From: Nymphaea colorata
Taxonomy: Eukaryota
DNA: 64,000 nt
Direction of reading: 5' to 3'
NCBI RefSeq assembly: GCF_008831285.2
Contig: NC_045138.2
Coordinates: 10,540,001-10,604,000, forward strand
The translations under genes were made by a program, and so were the position numbers. Shown in pieces: positions 35,181-48,849 of the stretch. Position 1 is the stretch's first letter. Each line of letters begins with the position of its first letter. Below the pieces are notes generated by a model, which had not been told where the DNA came from, ran no database searches, and saw only the letters and a program-made list of their open reading frames with translations.

Positions 35181-38100
35181 ATGGCATGCACTAGAGGAGG
35201 AAGTACTAGAGGAAGAGGTAGAGTTCCTCGCAACACCAAGAGTCGAAATGTTGGAATTCATCTTACTGGATCTGGAACACTAGTTGGAAGCATCCAACAA
35301 GAACAGGAGTTCATTATGAACATCTTGCATGCGATTACTAGGTTAATTCATGACTGGTGTAGCCTGCTCCTTCAGGTGGGACTAGTACGAATACGAATAG
35401 GACAATGAATCATGATGTAAGAGGCATAACTCATAAACAGTTTATGAATTTGCATCCACCAAAGTTTCAGGGGAAGGGCACAACTGATGATACAGAGGAG
35501 TTGATAAAAGAAACTGATAAAATTTTTACTACCCTGGACATGTTTGAGAACAAAAAAGTTTAATTTGAAACCTTCATGTTGAAAGGAGATGCTGAATAAT
35601 GGTGGCAGACACAACATAAGGTGAAGTTCACCAATCACGAAGCAACTTGGAAGGAGTTCAAGGTGGCATTCACACATGCTTTCATACCAGCCTTCACGCG
35701 GGAAAAGTGCATGCAAGAATTTTTGGATCTCTAGTCGAGAAATATGAGCCTACACGAGTAGGTGGTCAAATACAACACTTGGAGAAGTACTGCCCACATG
35801 TGTATACTTCAGATGCTGACAGAGCAAATAAATTTATTAGAGGACTCAAAGATGGGTTAAGGAGCAAAGTAATGGTTAGTTGCCCAAGAGATTTGGACGA
35901 TGCAATTGACATGACTACACGTTTTGAAGAGGACTGGAATAGGACTCATGGGACAGGCAGGAAGAATAAATTTCTACAACCTAAGTCAAAACCGAACATT
36001 TTCAAGAGGAAGCGCTGTGACAAGATGAGGTAGGGGGATAAGTTCAAGAGACAAAGGCCATCATCACCCAGAAAGGACGAGGAGTGTCCCAAGTGTCATC
36101 GCCAACATCCAGGCAAATCATGTTACAGGGATATTGGGGCATGTCTCTACTGCGGGAGGAAGGGCCATTTTATTCAAGAATGTCCAAAAAAGAAAGAGGC
36201 CGAATAGAAGCATGGTGCAGCCAACTAGCCAGCTGAGAGGAAAGTACTTGGGAGAGTTTATGTGATCACAGTAGAGGATCTGAAATACACTGACCTGATT
36301 GAAGGTACACTCCTAGTTCATTCTCATTGGGCACATATTCTCTTTGATTCTGGTGCATCACATTCATTTATTTCTAAGAGATTTGTTGAACTCTTAAAGA
36401 TAAAAGAAAATAGCATGCCATATGAATTGTTAGTTACTACACCTATGGGAAGCAAAGATACACACAAAACATATTTAGAAAATGTCAAAATAGAAATACA
36501 TGGACATTTTTGTGATAATAAATATGATGGGGTATGATGTAAACCTATGAATGGATTGATTATACCATCATTATGCGTCGATAGATTACAAAAGAAAAAA
36601 GCTGAAGATTCAATTGGAGGATGCTCAAAAGATAGAATTTGGGGAAAAAATGCCCCAAGACCAAAGAAAGCTAATCATCTCAGCAATCAAGGCGATGAGA
36701 TATGTGGGAAATGGATGCACTGCCTACTCGATTAGTATGGATGCAACCGACCAGAAATTAACAACCATCAATGAGGTGCGTACGGTGAAGAACTTCGTAG
36801 ATGTGTTCCCTGAAGATCTACCTGGATTGCCTCTTGTACGAGAGGTGGAGTTTGGTATTGAGTTGATCCCGAGAACTGCACCAATTTCTAAGGCTCCATA
36901 TAGAATGACACCAGCAGAACTGGAAGAATTAAAGAAGTAGATTCAAGACTTAGCCCGCAAGGGATTCATCCGTCCAAGTGTATCACCATGGGGAGCACCG
37001 GTCCTTTTTATGAAGAAGAAAGATGGGTCAATGCGGTTATGTATTGACTACTGAATGTTCAATCAAGTTACGATAAAAAACAAATATCCTTTACCAAGAA
37101 TCGAAGACTTATTCGATCAATTAAAAGATGCAAAGGTGTTTTTCAAGATAGACTTGAGATCGGGATATCATCAATTAAGAATTAAGGAAGAAGATATTCC
37201 CAAAATAGCATTTCACAAACGCTATGGGCATTATGAGTTCCGAGTGATGCCTTTCAGACTAACAAATGCACCAACATCTTTAATGGATCTCATGAATCGG
37301 ATATTTCATGAGTACTTAGACCGATTCGTCATAGTGTTCTTTGTCGATGTGCTAGTGCACTCAGAGTGTGAAGCATCACATGCGGTACATCTCGAGCTAT
37401 TGTTGAAAAATTGAGACAAAATCAACTCTATGCCAAGTACTCCAAGTGCGAGTTTTGGCTAGACAGAGTAAATTTCTTGGAACAGATAATGTCTAAGGAG
37501 GGTGTGTTAGTTGATCCAGCCAAAATAGAAGCTGTACAACAATGGAATGCACCAACCAATGTAACGAAAATCAGTAGTTTTCTTAGTTTGGCAGGTTACT
37601 GCATGAAGTTTATTAAGGATTTCTCAAAGATCGCAACCCCAATGACTAAACTGCTACAAAAGGGAGTCAAATTCACATGGACAAATGACTGTCAAAAGAG
37701 TTTTCAAACGTTGAAGGACAATTTGTCAACCGCCCCAATTCTAACCTTACCAAAAGGGAGAAAAGGGTTTGTGGTATACATTGATGCGTCAGGAACATGT
37801 TATGGAGCAGTGCTTATGCAAGGGGACAAAGTCATAGCATATGCCTCTAGGCAACTGAAACCGCATGAGAAAAACTATCCAACTCATGATCTGAAATTAG
37901 GAACCGTAGTATTTGCACTAAAAATATAGAGACATTACCTCTATGGTGTGGAAAAAGCCAATATGGTAGCTGATGCACTCAACAGAAAGGCACCTGCAAA
38001 AGATGGTGGACTGTTAATGCATACATGGAATTTGGTGGAAGACCTTGAACGATGACATTCAATGCAAGATCATAATGAAAAGGTGAAGTGTGTAGCAATA

Positions 38101-39545
38101 ATTACAGATAGATTTTTTGATGAAATTATTGAGAAACAAAAACAGAGCCTTGAATATGCGAAGTTGGTGCTTGAGTGTCACAAAGAGGAAAATCATTATT
38201 ATGTAAATGATGATGGATCCATATGGTTTAACGTTAGATTATGGGTTCCAAATGATCCAGGACTAAAAAACAAGTTGCTAGAAGAGGCACACAAAACAAA
38301 ATACACCATACATTTGGGAAGCACCAAGATGTATCAAAATTTAATGAGAATCTTTTGGTGGCCAGGAATGAAGAAAGAGATTGGTGAGTTCGTCTCACGG
38401 TGCTTGGTGTGTCAACAGGTTAAAGTGGAATATCAGAAACCTGGTGGCTTGATGCAACGAATAGAGATTCCTCAATGAAAATGGGAAGACATCACCATGG
38501 ATTTCATAGTGGGGTTACTACGTACTCGATGACAGCACGATGTTATTTGGGTAGTGGTAGACCACCTAACTAAATATGCACATTTCCTTCCCATCAAGAT
38601 TTTGTAATCACTGGAAAATCTGGCTTATTTATATGTGGAAGAAATTGTGAGACTTCATGGAATCCCAAATCAATCATCTCCAACAGAGATCCGAGATTTA
38701 CATCCAAGTTTTGGGGAAGGTTACAAAAAGCTTTGGGAATAAAATTGAAACTAAGTACTGCATTTCATCCGCAAACGGATGAGCAATCCCAACGAACAAT
38801 CCAGACTCTTGAGGATATGTTAAGAGCTTGTGTCTTGAAATGAAAGAGCGAATGCGATAAATATGTAAAGTTGGCCGAATTTGCTTACAACAACTGCTAT
38901 CATTCTAGCATTGGAATGACTCTGTTTGAGGCTCTTTATGGCCGACATTGTAGATCACCATCGTGTTAGACTGAGATAAAAGACAACAAGATTGAGGATC
39001 CCTTGGTAATCCAACACTATACTGACCAGGTCAACATGATTAGAAAGAAACTTTTGGCTGTTCAGAGTCAACAAAAGAATTATGCAAATCAACGACGAAG
39101 AAAGCTCGCTTTTGAAGTAGGAGATCATATATTTGTTAAGATATCACCCACTTAAAGTGTTTTCCGATTCGAAAAGAAGGGAAAATTGAGCCCAATATGC
39201 ATTGGTCCATTCGAGATTCTTGAGAAAGTTGGAGAGGTTGCATTTCGAATTGCATTTCCCTCGCAATATAGTCATGTTCATCCAGTGTTGCATGTGACGA
39301 TGCTAAGGAAGTATATACCCGATCCCTTGCATGTGATAGACTACGAAGAGGTAGATTTGCTAGAAGATATGACAACAGAAGAAAAGTCACTTCGGATCAT
39401 AGATCGAAAGGAATGTGTTGCGAACGAAGACCGTCCCAATAGTTCAAGTGGAATGGCAGTATCATGGGATCAAAGAATGTACGTGGGAGCTAGAAGAGGA
39501 CATGAGAAAGAGTTACCCCCCAGTTGTTTCAACAAGGTATGCTGA
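35181..39545 (+). pseudogene. Disrupted gag-pol (Gag, PR, RT, RNase H, INT, chromodomain)
   Basis: [37 protein letters not shown]...TWE motifs; many stops and frameshifts; internal deletion in RNase H at ~37950. Confidence 0.93.
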
Positions 39546-40920
39546 AATTTTGAGGATGATTTTTTTTTTAGGAGTGAAGGATGTAATGCCCACGTTTTCT
39601 TTTCTTTTTCTCTATTATTACAAAAGTTTTAATAAGGGTATAGTTGATAAATGGTAGATTTAAATGACTGTTATATATAGTTGAAACTGTCAACTATATC
39701 ATAAAGGGGTGCAGTTAGGGAAAGAAATAAAAAGGGGTTACTAAATATGTACCTGGCTGGAAGAAGTAGCTCAAAATATTAAAAGAAATTAAAGATGATT
39801 GAGGGCAGCTGAGAAGCCCTCCTCAGAAAATTCGTATGGAGGTGTTGCTGGCCATGTATTGACCTTATTTGACCCCATACTGCAGTATTTTAGGTTCCTA
39901 ATTGCTACAGCCATAGAGGGAAGGTTCCAGCCAGAATTTGGGGAGAAGTGAGAGCTAACTCTTGTTTTTCTGCATCTTGGGGTGAATATCAAGAGCAAAG
40001 AGGGACTGGTCAACATGACTGTCATTCGTGGCTTGGAGGATCAAGAAAGCTAGGGAGCAGCAGGTTGAAACGAAGGACTTTACAGTTGGAGTGGCAGCCC
40101 TGCAAGCGAACGGTATCGGCAACACCTTGGGGCAATAAGGTATGGGGATATTCAAACGTGTATGCAGCATGTAGTTCATGTATGTTATGCTTATGAAACA
40201 GACATATATAAGTAAATATTTAATGTGTATATGAACAGGTCTAGAGTAAGAAGTAGGTTGTTGGACTGAAATAGTTAGTATGCATTACATTAAAATGAAA
40301 GGATTATCATGATTATGGAATTGCTTCTGAAATTTAGAATACAATCAGATTTATTAAGGAAGCATGTTGCATGATCAGCCTTACGATAGATGGTGAATGT
40401 ATGGGTGATGTGACATGATGATATCTAAATTCCAGATGTGCATAGACTGATATTTTCTGTAGCATGTGATGCTTAATTGTAAATTCAACAGGAAATATAT
40501 ATATATATAGGTATACATACTCATATGTAGCTGTGAATTCATATTACAGGACATATGTTGCAGTAGCTCAACTGAATATAAACGTGCTTGCATGTTGAAA
40601 TGATATGGGTGGCAAGTTCTTTCGTGAATGGGTCTGGTGATGATAGGAAACTGCAGATGTATATCTGTGAAAATCAGTTTGAGCAGGATATTTCAATACT
40701 GTTTCTTAGCTATTATGTTTTTGTCCTATCCTTCTAAGGCTCTCATGCATTATGTTAGTGTATAAATCATAACAAAACACAGGAAAGAAAAAGAGAGTCA
40801 ATCTTGCATCTACATTAACTAGACCTATGCAAAACATAACACGATTGATACAAGGCCTGCTTAGCAAGGAACTGCTTCGTACTCTATGATTGTCACCCAG
40901 TTGAAGTTAGTAATACTAGG

Positions 40921-43900
40921 TGTGACACCCCGACCTTTTTGACCCTCAAACTATTTTTTTTTTTCTAAACATAAAGCATCGAGGTGTGACTGCCCATCAA
41001 TTCAAAAAGACGATGAGCCAAGCAATTCAAAACAATGGGGCAAGCTTTCCATTATATAGCATTTCAATTCAATTGTACATTTGACAAAAATGCCCCAAAA
41101 TCACAACATCGATGCCTCATCAAAACAAGGCATCAGTAAAACCAAAAACCCGACGCGCCGGCACTACAAGAACAAAACAAAACCCAAAACCTCCCCAGTA
41201 GGACGTGAGTGTAGCCATCTGCTCAGCCTGCTGCCCCGGGTACACCAAAACCTGAAAAAAGGAAACAACTGAAGGCTTAGCCTTCGCAGTATGGCAACAA
41301 GCCAGGAAAAGTCCAAGCCCTCTTAGGTCGGGCTCAGTACACAAACAAACATCAGAACAATCTATCATTATGTCGTGTCAAGACACGACATGCAGACGCC
41401 ACTCAATGGCTACAATAACATAATTTCAATCACATGCAAGGCATCATCAACATGTCACTTGCATTCATAAGCACAACAGTCACATGCACAACAATCCTAT
41501 ATATTTCAATCACATACATTGCAGTTTCATTACTATCAGTGAATTTACAGTTCCTGTGGGTGCAAACACAGGCACGTGCACACCGCGGGCGGCCCACAGC
41601 CGAGAGACAACCCCCGTGGTGGCCCAGAACAGTATGGATCCATCTATCCGCTGCAGCGGTAGAGCACTCATCCATGGATGTGTGAATTCCAAGGAGAGAT
41701 ACTCAGCCTTCCCTAGGACACCCAGGTTGGGAAGGTGGGAGCCTACGCTCCAAGCACATCACACAACAGTACCCTGGGGCCTTGCACCGCCTGTGCTCCG
41801 AACAGGCGAGACCAGTGGCGAAAGTGGGACAACTCCCATATACATAGTCACATCCCACTGGCCTCTCATCTCTTATTCTTTCATTCTTATACTTATACTT
41901 GCACAAACACATTTAACTGGCTAGCTCCTGAGGTTGGTTCACTTCACGAGTGAACCCACACCTCCAATTGCCTCCACACGAGGGTTACACATAACCACAA
42001 CAGTTTTGGCTAGCCGTCATAACAATATGGGTACAACTACCCACTGTGCAAGCAATGAGTATTCAATAAACATAACATTCACATTCATCATCATAACAAT
42101 CACATCTTTGAAAACTTAGCCAAACCACAGAGAGTAGTCTCAATCTGTGGTGGGCTCGTAGCTGTCCTATGCAGTTATCATTCTAGAATGTTTTCTAATG
42201 CACAATTGGGGTCGATGAGACACTCGACTCGATACCCCGCCTCATCTGTCCTAAACAGTTATCAATTCTAGCATGCACATACAATGCGTAACATTATCAA
42301 AACAATTACTATAAGCCTTTCAAAACAATTCATATCATATATCAATTTATGTACATGCATACACATATTCGTTCACGGAACACTCAATCAATTCATATCA
42401 CAAATCCTAGGATCCCATGATCCTAGGAACACACATTCATTCACTTGCCCAGGCAGGGATTTGCCTGGAATGTCGCCATACCTGTGGCGCGTTCACAAGA
42501 ATCTTCAAAATGCCTCGAGCTTTGAATCCGGTAACTCAAGGTCGACGGGACGTACCCGGTGAACCTGCAGACACAAACACAAGATAAGATTCCTACTACA
42601 AACCTCAACAATTCAAACAAAAACAAAACAAGGTCATTGAGGCACGCGTCATCGCCTCAAGAGGGTGTCGACGGGTAGTGTCGACCCAAAAGTTCTCCAA
42701 TAGGGTCACTTCCCACTCCTAGCCGTGCCAATAGATGCCAAAACTCAAAGCCATCAATCCGTCTATCACTAACGCCTTTCTCAAAATTCCCTTTTTCTTA
42801 AATCAAGGCGTCTACCCCAAAGATATTTCCAACTTATGTACGTTATCCCTATTTAACTCTAAGATGCACCCGTTCACAAAAACGCGTGCTACAGGCTCAC
42901 TAAAACGGTCCTAAATCTTCCCCTCAACCTCACAAACTCTACCATGTCTCCCCTAATGCTTCAAAAATTAATCTATCATGCTTAAATGATCATCCAAAAT
43001 ATGAATCTTCGCTTCCCAACATAATCGCAAGCTTTTCCCCAAAAACAAAATCACTAACATGTGTTCCAAATAATCAATTCAAAGCTCTAGCATGCTCAAC
43101 CAATAATTATGAGCGTTCCAAAGAGAAATATATCATAAAATAGGTTCAATTTCGCCTTGCTCACCCCGATTGAAGGTCTAAACTGCTGTAATCCTCCCGG
43201 CAGCCACCTCACGCGTCCAAGTGGTCCCCAAACGGCTAAAATCCTCCAATGCCGCCACTACCAAGGCCTTCTCTAATTGCTGTTACGAGGGGGAAGACAA
43301 ATCCCCAAGCTGAAAACGGATCCAACAGTGATAGCATAGTGAAAATCAGTGAGAGAAAGTGCTTGATTGGAGAAAAATAGAAAACGAGCAGAAAATGGGG
43401 AGAGGGTTCGGTCAAAAGGGGAAAAGAAGGCAGTGAGGGGAGAGGACGGGAGAGAAGAGAGAGAGACGGTGGAGAGTGAGACGAGTGACAGTGGGAGAGG
43501 GAGAGTCGTTCGGTGGAGAGGGGAGACGAGAGACAGTGGGAGAGGGAGGGTCGTTCGGTGGAGAGGGGAGACGAGAGACAGTGGGAGAGGGAGGGTCGTT
43601 CGGTGGAGAGGGGAGACGAGAGACAGTGGGAGAGGGAGGGTCGTTCGGTGGAGAGGGGAGACGAGAGACGGTGGGAGAGGGAGAAGGGAAAGAAAACGGG
43701 AAGGAGAAGAAAAGAGAAGAGAGGAAGAGGCAGGGGACGACAGGGTTCACCTCAACGCCGCCGTCGTCGCCGCCGCCGTCGCCGTCGCCTTCTTCCCTGA
43801 GCTCCGGTCGTGGGTAAGGAAGAGACGGTAAGAGGAAAGCGAAGGAGAAGAGAATGCGAGGGAGGAGGGACAGCGTCGGGCTCCTCTCGCGTGGGGCTAG

Positions 43901-43954
43901 GGTCCGGGTCTGGACCCTGACCCGACCCGCTCCGCCCAAACGCCGCGCGTTACA
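40921..43954 (-). repeat. 3' LTR of the young element (3034 bp)
   Basis: Direct repeat of 48850-51844; preceded on the minus strand by PPT AGGAGGGTAGGA (43966-43955). Confidence 0.97.
43477..43683. repeat. 45-bp minisatellite in the LTR; one more unit than the other LTR (51406-51567)
   Basis: GAGACGAGAGACAGTGGGAGAGGGAGGGTCGTTCGGTGGAGAGGG unit. Confidence 0.92.
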
Positions 43955-44003
43955 TCCTACCCTCCTAACAAAAAAAATTTCATCCTCGAAATTAGATCAT
44001 ACC

Positions 44004-47000
44004 TCAATGCAAGAACAAGTGCGGATATCTCTTCCGCACGTCCTCCTCAGGTTCCCATGTGCTCTCCGTCAATCCATGGTACTGCCATTCCACCTTCACT
44101 AAAGGGATTCTCTTTGTGCGAAGCACTTGCTCTCTTCGATCCACAATTCTAATAGGTTTTTCTTCCATTGTCAGATCATCTTGCACCTGAATACCTTGAA
44201 AATCAATCACATGTGTCGGATCTGGTACGTACTTTCGAAGCATGGAAACATGAAAAACGTCATGAACATGACTCCAGTCTGGTGGTAGTGCCAATCTATA
44301 GGCCACCTCGCCAATCTTCTCTAATATCTCAAAAGGTCCTACGAACCTCGGGCTCAACTTTCCCTTCACACCAAAACGAAAAACACCTCTAGTAGGGGAA
44401 ATCTTCAAAAACACATGATCACCCACCTCAAAAGTCAATTCTCTACGACGAATGTCGGCATAGCTTTTCTGTCTACTCTGAGCAGTCAACAACTTTTTCC
44501 TTATCAATTGCACTTGGTCGGTGTAGTGTTGCAAAACTAAAGGGTTTTCGATTTTTCCATCACCCAATTCGGTCCAACAAGCTGGCGATCTGCACGGCCT
44601 TCCATACAAAGCCTCAAAAGGTGCCATCCCAATACTAGAGTGGTAACTGTTATTATATGCAAATTCTGCCAGTTTCACATGTTTGTCCCATTCTCCTTTC
44701 CACTCTAAGACACAAGCACGCAACATGTCCTCTAAGGTCTGAATGGTCCTCTCCGATTGCCCATCAGTTTGGGGGTGGAACGCTGTGCTTAGCTTAAGCT
44801 TGGTACCCAAAGCCTTCTGCAAATGCCCCCAAAATCTAGAGGTAAAACGTGGATCTCGATCCGAAATGATAGACCTTGGCACACCATGCAATCTCACTAT
44901 CTCGCCAATATATAACTCTGCGAGACTTTCCAAAGACTGATTAATTCTAATAGACAGAAAATGAGCGGACTTCGTCAGTCGATCAACAATCACCCATATG
45001 GCATCATGCTGTCTTCGGGTGTGAGGCAATCCAACTACAAAATCCATTGTAATGTCTTCCCATTTCCACACCGGGATATCGATTCTCTGCAACAAGCCTC
45101 CGGGCCGTTGATGCTCTGCTTTTACTTGTTGGCAAACCAAGCACTTTGCCACATATTCTGCAATTTCACGCTTCATTCCAGGCCACCAAAAATTTCTCTT
45201 CATATCCTGAAACATCTTTGTACTACCAGGGTGTATAGAAAACTTAGATTTATGAGCTTCATCAAGCAACCGTCGCTTCACCGCTTCATCTCTAGGGACC
45301 CACAATCTATGTCGAAACCACAATGAACCCTCTTCATCTTGATGCCAGAAAGCATCTACCTTCTTACACTCTTTCACGTTCTTAGCAAAATCAGGATCTT
45401 CCTTTTGCTTCAATACAAGCTCTTCCATCAAAGGGTGTTGTATCACGGCACTCATCGTTGCTTTGTTCTCGCCACAAAGGTAAGGTTGCCATGCTATCAC
45501 ATCTTGTAACAAATTCCAAGAACATGCTAACATACTATACATCGTTGCCTTAGCTTGCCTGCTCAAAGCATCAGCCACCACATTCGCCTTACCTGGATGA
45601 TATGATATCGTGAAATCATAATCTTTTAGGTATTCAATCCATCTTCTTTGCCTCAAATTAAGATCACTTTGGGAGAATATATATTTCAAAGACTTGTGAT
45701 CTGTAAACACTTCAAATGTTGCCCCATAGAGATAATGCCTCCAAATCTTTAGTGCAAACACAACTGCTCCCAACTCCAAATCGTGAGTGGGATAGTGTTG
45801 TTCGTGTGTCTTCAACTGCCTTGATGCATAAGCCACCACACGGCCATTTTGCATCAGCACACAACCATAACCGATTCCTGATGCATCTGTGTACAGTACA
45901 AAACCCGAATGACCTGATGGAAGTGTCAGAATAGGAGCAGCAGTAAGCTTGTCCTTCAGAGTTTGAAAACTCCTCTCACACTCTTCATTCCAAATAAACT
46001 TCACTCCTTTTCTCAATAGCTTAGTCATTGGTGTAGCTATTTTCGAAAAGTCTTGTATGAACCTGCGATAATATCCTGCCAATCCCAAAAAGCTTCTAAC
46101 CTCGGTTACACTGCATGGCGTCCTCCAGTCCTGCACAGCTGACACCTTAGCCGGATCGACGGATACTCCATCCTTAGAGATTACGTGACCCAGAAAGTTT
46201 ACCTTCTCTAGCCAAAATTCACATTTTGAATACTTGGCATACAACTTATGCTTGCGCAAAAGACCCAATACACTTCTCAAGTGATCTCTATGCTCTGTCA
46301 CACTCTCTGAGTACACCAAAATATCATCCACAAAAACAATAACAAATCGGTCCAAGAACTCTTGGAAAACCCGATTCATGAGGTCCATGAACGCTGCGGG
46401 AGCATTGGTCAACCCAAAAGGCATGACCCTGAATTCATAGTGCCCATATCTGGTTCGAAATGCAGTCTTAGCAACATCTTCCTCCCGTATCAAGAGTTGA
46501 TGATAACCTGTCCTCAGATCGATCTTGGAGAAAACCTTTGCATCCTTAAGCTGATCAAACAAGTCTTCAATTCTAGGAAGCGGATACTTATTCTTGATGG
46601 TGATTTGATTCAACATGCGGTAGTCGATACACAAACGCATTGTCCCATCTTTCTTCTTCACAAACAACACTGGTGCTCCCCATGGTGACACACTAGGTCG
46701 GATGAAGCCCTTGTCTAAGAGCTCCTGCAATTGCTTCTTCAATTCTTCTAACTCTGCTGGTGCCATACGATAGGGTGCCTTAGAAATAGGAGCTGTCCCT
46801 GGTGACAACTCTATCTTGAACTCCACTTCTCGTGTTGGAGGCAAACTTGACAGTTCCTCCGGAAACACATCAGGGTACTCACTCACAATTGCCACATCCG
46901 GTAACCTCACCGGTTCCGGCTCATTGGTCAACACATTGACCAAGAAGGCAACACTTCCATTTTCTATCAATCGTTTAGCTTTCAATGCAGACACCATTAT

Positions 47001-48614
47001 CTTATCAGTTCGACTGGCCTTACGAGCATGGAACTCCACAGGTTGCATTTCATCAGTCAACAATTGTATCTGCTTCTTCCTGCAATCTATATTAGCATAA
47101 TGTGCATATAACCAATCCATGCCCAAAATCACATCAAATTCGTTAAAACTCATGATCACCAACTGTGCAGGTAAGTGATGTTGATGGATCTCCACATCCA
47201 CATCAGATAGATACCCACTACACGACTCTTGAGCATGCATAGGGCTAACAACTTTCAGAACATACGGCATCTTCCTAGCAGGCACTTCTAGTGAAGTAGC
47301 AAATCGACTAGATATAAATGAATGGGTCGCCCCAGCATCAAACAACACTCTAGCAATATGAGAACCAACAAGTAAAGTACCTTCAACAAGGTCGTGTGCC
47401 TGAAGCTCCTCCACGGTAGTAGCATAGACACGTCCAGTCGTCTGTCGTGCGCTAGAAGGACCGGCCTCTGGCTTCTTCAACTCTCTTTCTTTCCTTAAGG
47501 GACAATCCTTGATAAAGTGCCCCATCCTTCCACAGTGTAAGCAAGCTCCGATCTCTCGATAGCACGGCTTTCCAGGGTGCACACGCGAACAAGTAGGGCA
47601 CCTCTGAGAAGTCGGAGTAGCCACTGACCCCTGGGTGGCCTCACTACGGGTTGGCTGGTTCCGTCTGAAAGTTCGATCATCCCGCCTCTCATAAGGCCTT
47701 GTCCTGCCTGCAAAGTGGTGGCGCTTCACCTGGGTTCGTCCACCTTGTGAATGCTGGCTTGCTTTCTTCTGGTGATCCTTCTGTGTCCTCGCCCAGTCTT
47801 CTTCTATACATCTTGCCATAGTGACCGCCTCGTCCAAGTCACGAGGTCTGCTCGTCAAAACTTTGGTTCGCAGTCCCTCCCGCAGACCACGCACAAACTT
47901 GCCTGCCCTGGCTCCGTCTGTAGTGTAGAAGTGTGGGCAATATGCCTCCAAGTGTCGATATCTTGTAATATATTCCTCCAAGCTCATTTGATTTTGCTGT
48001 AGATCAAGAAACTCTTGCATGTTCTTGTCTCTAGCATGCACCGGGTAGTAGGTGTTGAGGAAGGAATCTCTAAACTGCTTCCAAGAAATTGACGGTTGGC
48101 CTGCATACCGGATCTCAAGAGTTGATTTCCACCAATCCATGGCATCACCTTTCAGCAGGTAAGTGCCATAGTTCACTTTGTCTTCCTCAGGCATCTTCAG
48201 AAGCACAAAGATGCGTTCAACTTCCTCAATCCACTGTTTTGCCTTATCGTGACTGCACCCTCCTGAAAAGATAGGCAGCTGCATCGCCATGAACTGTTGA
48301 AACGACACCGCTGATGCCTTCTCCTTAAGTGGCGCAGTGGTGTCTCCGGAAGGAGATGCATTACTCCTTTGGTTACTGACCATGGACTGCACAAGGGAGG
48401 TCAGTGTTTGCAACGTGGTCAGCAAAATAGACTGTTGATCCACAGGTGGAGTCTGCCTCAGTGGGGTTTGAGCACCCCCACCCAATTGGGCATACTGGCG
48501 CCCTGACGTACTGTCGTCGCGTGGGGTATGCGCATCAGAATGGGCCGGACTAGGCTCTCTCTGTGCCTCTGTGGACGGCCCAGCTCGCTTCTTACCCTTA
48601 CGATGATATTCCAT
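44004..48614 (-). CDS. Gag-Pol polyprotein, single ORF, 1536 aa from the first ATG
   Basis: Gag; [14 protein letters not shown] knuckle; [10 protein letters not shown] protease; RT (FVDD); RNase H (TDAS, DLELGA); integrase (HHCC, D-D-E, GPF); C-terminal chromodomain (VKVEW...STWEPE). Confidence 0.97.
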   Translation of the reverse strand: MEYHRKGKKRAGPSTEAQREPSPAHSDAHTPRDDSTSGRQYAQLGGGAQTPLRQTPPVDQQSILLTTLQTLTSLVQSMVSNQRSNASPSGDTTAPLKEKASAVSFQQFMAMQLPIFSGGCSHDKAKQWIEEVERIFVLLKMPEEDKVNYGTYLLKGDAMDWWKSTLEIRYAGQPSISWKQFRDSFLNTYYPVHARDKNMQEFLDLQQNQMSLEEYITRYRHLEAYCPHFYTTDGARAGKFVRGLREGLRTKVLTSRPRDLDEAVTMARCIEEDWARTQKDHQKKASQHSQGGRTQVKRHHFAGRTRPYERRDDRTFRRNQPTRSEATQGSVATPTSQRCPTCSRVHPGKPCYREIGACLHCGRMGHFIKDCPLRKERELKKPEAGPSSARQTTGRVYATTVEELQAHDLVEGTLLVGSHIARVLFDAGATHSFISSRFATSLEVPARKMPYVLKVVSPMHAQESCSGYLSDVDVEIHQHHLPAQLVIMSFNEFDVILGMDWLYAHYANIDCRKKQIQLLTDEMQPVEFHARKASRTDKIMVSALKAKRLIENGSVAFLVNVLTNEPEPVRLPDVAIVSEYPDVFPEELSSLPPTREVEFKIELSPGTAPISKAPYRMAPAELEELKKQLQELLDKGFIRPSVSPWGAPVLFVKKKDGTMRLCIDYRMLNQITIKNKYPLPRIEDLFDQLKDAKVFSKIDLRTGYHQLLIREEDVAKTAFRTRYGHYEFRVMPFGLTNAPAAFMDLMNRVFQEFLDRFVIVFVDDILVYSESVTEHRDHLRSVLGLLRKHKLYAKYSKCEFWLEKVNFLGHVISKDGVSVDPAKVSAVQDWRTPCSVTEVRSFLGLAGYYRRFIQDFSKIATPMTKLLRKGVKFIWNEECERSFQTLKDKLTAAPILTLPSGHSGFVLYTDASGIGYGCVLMQNGRVVAYASRQLKTHEQHYPTHDLELGAVVFALKIWRHYLYGATFEVFTDHKSLKYIFSQSDLNLRQRRWIEYLKDYDFTISYHPGKANVVADALSRQAKATMYSMLACSWNLLQDVIAWQPYLCGENKATMSAVIQHPLMEELVLKQKEDPDFAKNVKECKKVDAFWHQDEEGSLWFRHRLWVPRDEAVKRRLLDEAHKSKFSIHPGSTKMFQDMKRNFWWPGMKREIAEYVAKCLVCQQVKAEHQRPGGLLQRIDIPVWKWEDITMDFVVGLPHTRRQHDAIWVIVDRLTKSAHFLSIRINQSLESLAELYIGEIVRLHGVPRSIISDRDPRFTSRFWGHLQKALGTKLKLSTAFHPQTDGQSERTIQTLEDMLRACVLEWKGEWDKHVKLAEFAYNNSYHSSIGMAPFEALYGRPCRSPACWTELGDGKIENPLVLQHYTDQVQLIRKKLLTAQSRQKSYADIRRRELTFEVGDHVFLKISPTRGVFRFGVKGKLSPRFVGPFEILEKIGEVAYRLALPPDWSHVHDVFHVSMLRKYVPDPTHVIDFQGIQVQDDLTMEEKPIRIVDRREQVLRTKRIPLVKVEWQYHGLTESTWEPEEDVRKRYPHLFLH

Positions 48615-48832
48615 CTGTACAAACAAGAACCTTAATCTCAAATCCAGTCTATGACTAATCTCACAAATCAAATCACAACGTGCATTAGCACGAAGTTCAA
48701 AACATAGATCACATTACGTACTTATACGTGAAAAAGCATAACCACAATAACAATCTAATCAAATGAATGCGTACCTGGGCAACACGGCTTCACAAATAGG
48801 CTTTAACTCACATCCATAGTGGGGTTTGCCAT

Positions 48833-48845
48833 GGCTCTGATACCA
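48833..48845 (-). other. Primer-binding site (initiator tRNA-Met)
   Basis: TGGTATCAGAGCC on the minus strand, adjacent to the 5' LTR. Confidence 0.95.
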
Positions 48846-48849
48846 AAAC

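Noticed and set aside
41081..42626. ORFs duplicated identically at 49010-50555
   Set aside because: They are duplicated only because they lie in the two LTRs; not evidence of coding.
43477..43683. CRISPR-like array
   Set aside because: Head-to-tail identical units with no unique spacers; eukaryotic LTR minisatellite.
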